This document shows positions 56,385 to 64,000 of a stretch of 64,000 nt of DNA, in pieces. Made by a program: the position numbers and the translations under genes. How positions within the stretch are numbered: position 1 is the stretch's first letter; the number at the start of each line of letters is the position of its first letter. Source of the DNA: Azolla caroliniana (lineage: Eukaryota > Plantae > Polypodiophyta); assembly GCA_043228905.1 (NCBI GenBank), contig JBHGNT010000009.1:4402001-4466000 (forward strand), in the 5' to 3' direction. The notes beneath the pieces were generated by a model that did not search any database, was not told where the DNA came from, and saw nothing but the letters and a program-made list of their open reading frames with translations.

Positions 56385-56702
56385 GTATGGTTTATCCTTG
56401 ACTTTTTTTGTGATAGAAATTATATGTTTCCTTCTTACATCCAAATGTCACGTTTATATACTTTCCCCCAACAAGATAGTTTCTATATTCAATGTACTTT
56501 CCATAGTTTTTATGTATGGAAAAACATGGGTATTCATGCACAAAAACGGTGGTCTTCCCCATGGTTTTGTGCATATTATAATAAGATATTATTTATTGTT
56601 TCTTATTAATATTAAGTGTACTATCCTAGTGGTAGTTACATATGTTGTTATAGTTGAGGTTCGAAGTGGTTACACATTGGGTGCCACACTTGGAACACGA
56701 CA
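56385..56702 (-). mobile_element. Partial LTR homologous to 55195-55837, in inverted orientation
   Basis: The minus strand starts TGTCGTGTTCC and shares ATGCACAAAACCATGGG, TTTTCCATACATAAAAA, AAAGTACATTGAAT and CAAGGATAAACC with the 55.3-55.6 kb copy. Confidence 0.6.
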
Positions 56703-56818
56703 TTGACGGACCTCAATTTACATTCTCCACACATAGCCACACCTTTGAAATGTCGATTTGCAGGCAAATCTCGTAAAGTATTAATGTATACAAGGCATCA
56801 TGGAAACATTGAATTGTA

Positions 56819-57562
56819 TTTTCTTTTCTTTTTTCCAAAAAACACTACTTCGCATTAGTTAACAAATAAAATACAATAGAGTTTACCCGAATCCACAGTG
56901 GGATCAACATATACAACTCGGAGGAACAACTCCAAAACTATCAAACAAAATACAACAAAAACTCACACGACCCTTAACTCCAACAAAACTAAAATAAATC
57001 CCATTTTACCCCGACTCTACTTCTCCCAACTAACTCTTTTATAACAAAGTTATCCGGGTAACATGACTATACTAACCCACTAGTGCTTCAATTATACATA
57101 CATAATTACAACCAATGTACAATATTGGGAGCCATCGGCGAAAACAGCCACCTAGGCACCTGGTAATTCCACTTAAGCCTCAACGAAGGTTTGACCATCA
57201 TGGGAGAACCACCCCATTTCAGCAAGAACTTTGACCTTGCCCTTTCTACTTTATCTGATTCCCCCTTAATCAAGTCATATCGTCCGCGCAACCAAGCCAC
57301 AAGCTCAAACCAGATATTTAACATCACCTCCCCGCATGAGAGCTTTTGCTGCTGAAAAACAAACTTACAGCGCCTAATCTAGATGTGTTAGATTGATAAA
57401 CATGCCACCAAAAGCCAAATCTCCTCAAAAAATTTAGAAATTGTGCCAAGTCTCACCCCATCACATTGGAACATGATACCACCCTACACTATAAATCCAT
57501 GTCCTTGTGGGTTTAACTGTTCCCCCCAACTTTCCCCTTTTAGAGATAGTCCCACACAACGT
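56819..57562 (-). mobile_element. 3' end of an L1-like LINE with an A-rich tail, interrupted at its 5' side by a solo LTR
   Basis: IWFELVAWLRGRYDLIKGESDKVERARSKF parallels FWDNLVHTIKGEYDSIKG..EKV in the 60.5-62.3 kb L1. A GT-rich 3' UTR is followed by AAAAAAGAAAAGAAAA on the minus strand. Confidence 0.65.
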
Positions 57563-58338
57563 TGTCGTGCCTTTTGGCGCCAAATCGTTGCGTGAGTCGA
57601 GTGGGAACCGCCGGGGTTTTGGACTAGGAGGAGGAGGAATTTGAGACAAATCTAGTTATGAATAGATTTTAAGAAAGAGATATAAAAACCTCGTTAATCC
57701 CATGAGTATAATGTATTTTATTAGATTAATCAATATAAAGATAAGAATATGAATTTGAATTGAAAGAGAAAGATATAGAAATCTCGTGAATTCCACAAGT
57801 ATAGTTTATTTCGTGAATCCCATGAATATAATTTATTAATTGGTGTTTTTAGAAATATATCAAATTTCCAAAGTTTTCCCACCCCTATTACATTGTGCTC
57901 CCCATCCTTATATAGTGATGAGAGAGTCTTAGCAATCCATGCTTTTTCTCTAACTATAGACTATATGTTTTTTCTAACATGCTTCTTCTAAAAGTGATCA
58001 TGCTTTTTCTAACCTCATGCGTATTTATCGACTATAGTGTTCATGCACGCTAGATGTGCATGTGTAGCTTTTTTTTCTATCATGCGTTTTTATTCTAACT
58101 AAAGCTTTTTCCCAAAAAATATGTGTGGAAAAAACCTTTCTATGTGGGATATCTGCTTTTTTAATACTTATGATGTGTTAGTGTAATGGTAAGGCTTTAC
58201 ATTATTAACATGGAGGTACAAGGTTTGAATCTTGCACTATACATATTATATATTTTGATATTTCTTTCTTTTTCTTCATATTTATTCAATCAGTTATTTT
58301 ATACGTTTTTCACGTAGTATACGAAATACACTACGACA
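57563..58338 (-). mobile_element. Solo LTR (776 bp) of the tRNA-Trp-primed element family
   Basis: The minus strand reads TGTCGTAGTGTATTTCGT...AAAGGCACGACA, the same termini as 62713-63434. Flanked by a 4-bp direct repeat ACGT. Confidence 0.85.
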
Positions 58339-58586
58339 ACGTTCCCATTTTTATTTTATATTTTCCTAAACAAGATATCCTTCCATGAGTTTTTAAAAAC
58401 ATATCTACTACAAAATACAACCAATAACAAGACCCCGCTCGATGCGACTAGCCCATGAGCTCCCCGATCGGCGACTTGGCAACAGAACGCTGTTGTAACC
58501 TAACCTACCTTGGTTCGGCTCAAGGCCGGAGTTGTACCTTGTTCTTGCATGTAAATAATGCCCAACTCTTTCTTTTTCTCGCTTCA

Positions 58587-59003
58587 TTACACCAAGTACC
58601 TGAAAACATTAGGTTTCTCCGTGTCTCTCTCCAAGTATTCCCTTGCAATCAAGTCTTCAATCCTCTTCTTGATATTATCTTGAAATCAGGCTTGAACATC
58701 CGCCCAAGTTGTCACACATTCTAGCATTAGTTGTTGATGTGGTACCACTTTTCTACTCTTCATTATTCTTATAATAGATGCATCAATTGGATCAAAGTCA
58801 AATCAGTCACCATACCCTCCAATTTTGGAGGTAAAATGACCTTCACAATGTTACTTTAGCTTTGTGAGAATACTCTGTTCATGATCATCATTTGCACTCT
58901 TGTCAAATAGAAGCCTCTAATCAAGCTTCTTCCTGTAGAATTCTGCAAACATATCCTTATCACTGATGTTTGCAAGAAGCTTAACAACCTTCTTAAGTGT
59001 TTC
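58587..59003 (-). pseudogene. CUL1: Intronless, internally deleted CULLIN1-like fragment
   Basis: [68 protein letters not shown] is joined to [36 protein letters not shown]...[28 protein letters not shown] (neddylation motif and C-terminus). Confidence 0.9.
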
Positions 59004-59029
59004 CCAATCATCCAAAAAGCTCAAATAGC

Positions 59030-59390
59030 CATCTAATGAAGTGAGATTTACACACACAATTAAAACACCTAGAAAGTTCACTACATGAGGTTTTGTATTC
59101 TCCTTCTTGAAAAATATGAAAGTGACCTCATTTGGCATTACACTTTCATGTTGCAATTCAATAAAAACATGAAATGCTTCCTCTTCTTCCCCTTGTTTGT
59201 TGCTACTATATGCTTCGCTTAAAGTATTCCAAGAGACTAAAGTCATCTCACACATATCTTCAAATGTTGATGGAGCTTCTTCCAAAGCACCACATTTGCC
59301 ATACATATCGATGAGTAAAGTACTGACCATGACATCTTTTTCAATCTCATCCCAAACCACATGTTCATGAATAATATACCCATCTCTCAA
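59030..59390 (-). pseudogene. PLS-PPR gene fragment fused in frame to the CUL1 fragment
   Basis: DVMVSTLLIDMYGKCGALEEA...LVSWNTL..AY...PNEVTF within ORF 58917-59390. Confidence 0.85.
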
Positions 59391-59404
59391 TGATCCTCAA
59401 GAAA

Positions 59405-60225
59405 ATTTGCTTCAACCCCTACATCTTCTTCACTCATCCTTATAACAAAAATTATTCATTTAGTCCACATCAATCATCTCGCCGATTACGCCAAGTCCCT
59501 GTACAACTAAAAATGAAATAAATCTAGACTATTTCCTCCTCCCTCATGAATCCTATACTAAAATCTTCTTCATCCAGTCCACATCAACATCTTAATGAGC
59601 TGACCATCTTGGCATCTCGCCAATGGCCACGAAAATCCTGTACTAACAACAAAAAATTAGTCTAAAAGTTTCCTCACCTACCCATGGTAGCCGGCTTCGA
59701 CCCCTCACCATCTTCACTCATCCTTATCACAGAAAAAATTTCTTCATTCAGTCCACATCACCATCTCGTCGATTACCACCCAATTCATGTACAAATAACA
59801 ACAAAATGAGTCTAGAATATTTCCTCCTCTCTTCATGATCTGCTTCAGCCTCCACACCACCATCACTCATCCTCTCATCATAGCAATATGCTTCAATCTC
59901 TACTGTCATCATTACTCATCCTAATGAACAACAATATATATATATATATATAGAAATCTCCCAAACATTGTACCTATGTCAACAAAATGATATTATAGTA
60001 ACCTCATCACCGCAAACAAACAATGCTTCATTTAGTCCACATCAACCATCTCGTCGAATATCGCCAAGTTCCTCTATAAATAACAACAAAATGAATGTAG
60101 ACTATTTCCTCCTCTCATGATCTACTTCGGCCCCCACACCATCATCACTCATCCTCTCGTCATGTTACCACATCATCATCGGTCATCATAGTGAGAAACC
60201 GAAACACTTCTTCATTCAGTCCACC
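59405..60225. repeat. Degenerate tandem array of about 5 units of ~110-280 bp
   Basis: The anchor TTCAT(T/C)(T/C)AGTCCAC recurs at ~59456, 59569, 59744, 60027 and 60211, and CATCTCG.CGA...TATTTCCTCCTC also recurs. Confidence 0.75.
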
Positions 60226-60499
60226 TAACAAAGAAAAGAGAAAAACAGTCTCCAAATCTGAAAATTAATAAACACATAAGCAATTCTCCCTTTCAGTCAA
60301 AGTGACACCACTCTCCTTTTTGCTCATTAAATTAGTTATAGCCCTCAACACTTCACCACTCATCCTTTTCCAAAATTAGAAGATGCTTCATTTTCCTCAT
60401 CCAACATCTCACCCTTGTCACTCCACATGCCTGCCCCTATCACATCCGCCTCTCTATGTCCTTCCTCACAATTATCTTTGAAATAAGAAAGGACTAGGA

Positions 60500-62342
60500 G
60501 GAGGGAATAGCCAACGTGGTGGAGCATAATTCCAACGATCTTCATGTGATTCATCCAGCTAGAGAGGTATTGGCCACCATATTTTACGAAGTTTTCGCCT
60601 TTTCTTATGCACCTTTTCCAACGTTCCTTTAATACTATCATACTCTCCCTTAATTGTGTGGACCAAGTTGTCCCAAAACATCTTAATCATATCGACAACA
60701 TTGTACTCGATGCCTTCATATTTCTTGCTACAACGACAATTCCACCACACCCATAAAGCATTAATTGAGACAATATTCCAAACAAAAGAGTTTTTAAAAT
60801 ATTTACCACCAACAATGTTAAGATAGATTGCTTCAATTGTACTCTCTAACATACGTAATGCTTCGGCGCCTTGCTCTGCCTCATACAAAGATACTTGCAC
60901 ATTCAAAGACCCCCAGAAAACAGCCCCCCATGTAAAAATTGCTCCCTTATATTTACAAGAAAACATCCTCAATATTCTTGAATCCCCAATACTTTCGAGC
61001 TACACTACAAGTCCAAAATAAATGTTTTAAAGTTTCCTCCTGTACTTGGCAACACACACAACAACGATCATCGACTTGCCCTTTTAAATGAAAACCTACA
61101 AGTAAAGCATAAGCTTCAATTGTATTCTCTGACATATGTAATGCTTCGACACCTTGCTCCGCCTCATACAAAGATACCTACACATTTAAAGACCCCTAGA
61201 AAACAGCCCCCCATGTAAAAATTGCTCCCTTATATTTACAAGAAAACATCCTCAATACTTTCGAGCTACACTACAAGTCCAAAATAAATGTTTTAAAGTT
61301 TCCTCATGTACTTGGCAACACACACAACGACAATCGTCGACTTGCCCTTTTAAATGAAAACCTATAGGTAAAGCATAATGAATCATTAACTACTTAAAAG
61401 AAATTGCTCTCCGCATACATGGTAAAGCCCATAAAGTTTTCCAAAATGTCCCCATATATTGATGTGATATAACACCTGACTCCCAATGCTTTTGTGCAAC
61501 AGGATTTATGCATTGCCGTTGCATCAAAAATTGTCTCCCATATGCCACAGAGTATTGGAAAAATGGGAGAATCCTACTCACTTGTTCATTTGTCGAGGAA
61601 CAACCAACCAACCGCCATGCATAATCAGTTGGGTCCCACTTAAGATGTGCCACTAGCTTACTTTGGAATACGTATATTTGTATTGCATGATCTACCAAAA
61701 AAGAGCTCGGATCTAAGAAAATCTTCTTATCTAATCGAGCAATAACCCTAATGGGTTTTTCAGAGGCTAACTGCATAACTTCAACTTCTTCATCCACTAA
61801 AGATAAAAGACCATCATCGCAAACCTCATAAAATCTTATTTGACCCTGATTAGAATAAGCTCGAGCACCTATTAAAACACCTAAGGAAGAGAAAAGACCA
61901 TACCATGTATAGGTATTAGCCAAATTAAGTTACCTTTGACTATTCTGAAAAGGTTGCTGAATCTGCTCAAACATCAAACAACCCCCATGCAAGGAAGATA
62001 AGAATTGTTTTTTGTCATCCTCCGAGAGAATTTGAAACCGCACCCAAGCAACCAAAGAGATAGCTGGTCTTGAGTCCATTTTTCCCCATGATAAATGCGG
62101 TCTGATTCCTAAAACCAACCAGAGCTATTAGTAAACAAAGGATTCCATAACAACAGTTGCCTTAAAAATTGGGCTTCTGTCGTTGGCAGTTGAAATAGGA
62201 GAGCCTCTCTAATGTCCTTCCATGCCCTCACAATACCTATAAAGAATCTCATAGAACCAACATTATGAGCCTTAATTGGAAATTCAAAGTTAAACAACCA
62301 TCGAAAACTATCTTGCCATTGTCCTCCTGTAAAAGAATAAGT
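60500..62342 (-). mobile_element. L1-like LINE ORF2 C-terminal region (zf-RVT-like) with a ~270-280-bp internal tandem duplication (60830-61112 / 61113-61378)
   Basis: FWKTLWALP, C.VC...EETLKHLFWTCSVARKYW and ALWVWWNCRC motifs. The duplicated unit is visible directly in the sequence. Confidence 0.8.
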
Positions 62343-62593
62343 TGTGCGGAAGCGTATGCAAAACACAGAGTACACAGTTTGGAGGAATAAGACAATTCGG
62401 TAAAACACAAAAAACGCAGAGATGGAGATGGAGAGGGAGAGAGAGAGCAGACAACAAAAAAGCTCAGATTCAAAAATAATGACACCTTGTTCTGTACATA
62501 CTTCGTGCCCGGTGAGCACCTTATATACAAGCCCTGAAAATCGGGCTGACACAAGTACTGACAGTACTTGACACTCATAAATGAGCCGCCACA
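62343..62593 (-). mobile_element. Probable 3' LTR of a separate LTR element inserted in the L1
   Basis: The minus strand reads TGTGGCGG...CCGCACA, contains TATATAAG, and is preceded by the purine-rich GGGAGTGAG (PPT-like). Confidence 0.55.
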
Positions 62594-62712
62594 CTCACTC
62601 CCAAAATTATTCCTTTCAAGGAATATCTTTCCAACGGCCTTTCGGTTTACGCACCGATACGGCTAGGTAGTGCGTACTAACTTACGCGTCCAGTTTACGC
62701 GCTGGGTTACGC

Positions 62713-64000
62713 TGTCGTAGTGTATTTCGTACACTATGTGAAAAAGTAAAAATAATATAACCGATTTAATTACATATAAATAAATAAAATAATATATCAA
62801 GATATTTATCACGTGCATAGGGCAAGATTTGAACCTTGTACCTCCACGTAGCCAAACTTCAACTTTACCATTATGCTACCTTATCTTTAGTGTTCTATAA
62901 ATAGATTTAATAACTATAAGTGCTTTATTTGCGCCTACCTTTATTAAAAGGTAAATCATGCATTTTTAGAGTGCGTGAATATTTTATAGAAAAACGCAAG
63001 CAACTAAAAAGTGACTCATGCACATCTAGCGTGCATGAGCACTATATTTAGCAAATAAAAGCAAGGATTAGAAAAGCATCACATGCACATTTAGTGTGCA
63101 TGAACATATTAGAAAAAAAGCATGTAGCTATGCTTAGTCTCTCCCATCACTATATAAGGATGGGGAGCACATTGTAGTTTTTGTTGATTATTTTTATATA
63201 ATGATCAATCAATCTAAAATATTCGTGGGATTCACGAATTTGCTAAAATAATTCTCTCTTACTACCTAAATATTGACTAAATATACTAAACTCGTGGGAT
63301 TCACGAGATTCTTATCTTATAACTCTTTATACGTATTCTTTACTAGCCTTATTTGTATTTTTCTTTCTCCTAGTCCAAAACCTCGGCGGTTCCCACCCGA
63401 CTCACGCAACGATCCGAAGCCGAAAGGCACGACACAGTTGGTGAACCCGACGTGAAGGCGGGTGGCAAGGAGATGGAGAATCAACAAGAGGCGATGAACA
63501 TGATGATGATGATGTTCGAGAGAATGCTACAAGAACAACGCAAGATGTTGGAGATCACGACAGTAGTACAACGACTCGTGCAACAGAACGGGCAATTCAA
63601 TGGAAAGGACGTGTCACGCTATCTACGTGACTACAAGGCGGAGATGATACGATGTGGGATACCAGAAGGATTGCAAGTGACATCCTTCAATCGGGTGGCC
63701 ACGGATGAGCTACAAGAGAGAATCCACAAGATACGGCAACAAAACTCGACATGGGGATCATTCGAAGAAGCTTTACGAGAGTCATATGATTACAAGAGAT
63801 CGAAGGGACAAGATCGGCGAGAATTCGACGAATGGGTGGCATCGGAGAAGACCCACCAAAGTGCAACACAAGCATTCCTAGAGTTCGAGCATCGTTTTGC
63901 TCGACTCTCGGAGCGAGAACAACGATTGGTGGGGGAGGATAAAGTCCTAATGTTCGTAAAATCGATCGATCGAAAAGAAAGGATGGACATCGGGATCGAA
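62713..64000 (+). mobile_element. 5' end of an LTR retrotransposon, probably Ty3/gypsy: LTR 62713-63434, tRNA-Trp PBS 63439-63455, gag
   Basis: TGTCGTAG...GCACGACA LTR. TGGTGAACCCGACGTGA is the reverse complement of the plant cytosolic tRNA-Trp 3' end. An open frame follows. Superfamily cannot be confirmed because pol lies outside the window. Confidence 0.85.
63473..64000 (+). CDS. Retrotransposon Gag N-terminus (176 codons, open to the window end; missing from the supplied ORF track)
   Basis: MENQQEAMNMMMMMFERMLQEQ...GQFNGKDVSRYLRDYKAEM...STWGSFEEALRESY..., with gag-like F.G...YL and TW..F...L motifs. Starts 18 nt after the PBS. Confidence 0.8.
   Translation, partial: MENQQEAMNMMMMMFERMLQEQRKMLEITTVVQRLVQQNGQFNGKDVSRYLRDYKAEMIRCGIPEGLQVTSFNRVATDELQERIHKIRQQNSTWGSFEEALRESYDYKRSKGQDRREFDEWVASEKTHQSATQAFLEFEHRFARLSEREQRLVGEDKVLMFVKSIDRKERMDIGIE

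Noticed and set aside
58172-58243. Functional tRNA gene (also 62814-62885, 28873-28900 and 29491-29520)
   Set aside because: The anticodon and acceptor stems do not pair properly, and the 28.9/29.5 kb copies (TAGCTCAATTGGTAAG) have an A-box only.
59405-60225. CRISPR-like array
   Set aside because: Eukaryotic context, the units are homologous throughout with no unique spacers, and there are no cas genes.
57563-63434. Giant TIR (fold-back/Pack) element bracketing the PPR-CUL1 cargo
   Set aside because: The two inverted repeats are independent LTRs: one has its own ACGT TSD and the other is followed by a PBS and gag.

Overview
AT-rich, repeat-rich plant nuclear DNA. A very long PLS-type PPR protein and the retroelement types suggest a non-flowering land plant such as a fern, but this is inference. 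There are four host genes, all on the minus strand: (1) an intronless 1350-aa PLS-E PPR protein (2711-6763); (2) a STICHEL-like DnaX/clamp-loader AAA+ gene (~9965-15498); (3) a 10-exon multi-pass membrane protein of the At1g80540/At5g67550 type (39239-42969); (4) a 12-exon fusion of a 2OG-dioxygenase-like fold, a U-box and a PUB62/63-type C-terminal domain (44814-54316). The rest is a transposon mosaic: a full-length decayed Ty1/copia element (22692-27828), solo LTRs, a Pack-MULE with a 9-bp TSD (34995-36463), hAT-like MITEs, LINE fragments, a candidate SINE, and the 5' end of a tRNA-Trp-primed LTR retrotransposon that runs off the window (62713-64000). The most notable observations are: (a) TGTCG...CGACA LTRs that carry an antisense tRNA-like A-box/B-box cassette, seen in up to four copies, with a Trp PBS and a 4-bp TSD; (b) a co-oriented PPR + intronless CUL1 + L1-3'-end chimera that looks like serial template switching; (c) a Pack-MULE whose TIRs resemble mini-MITEs; (d) an apparently iron-less dioxygenase fold fused to an E3 U-box. 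All alignments and exon calls were made by eye; no database searches were run.
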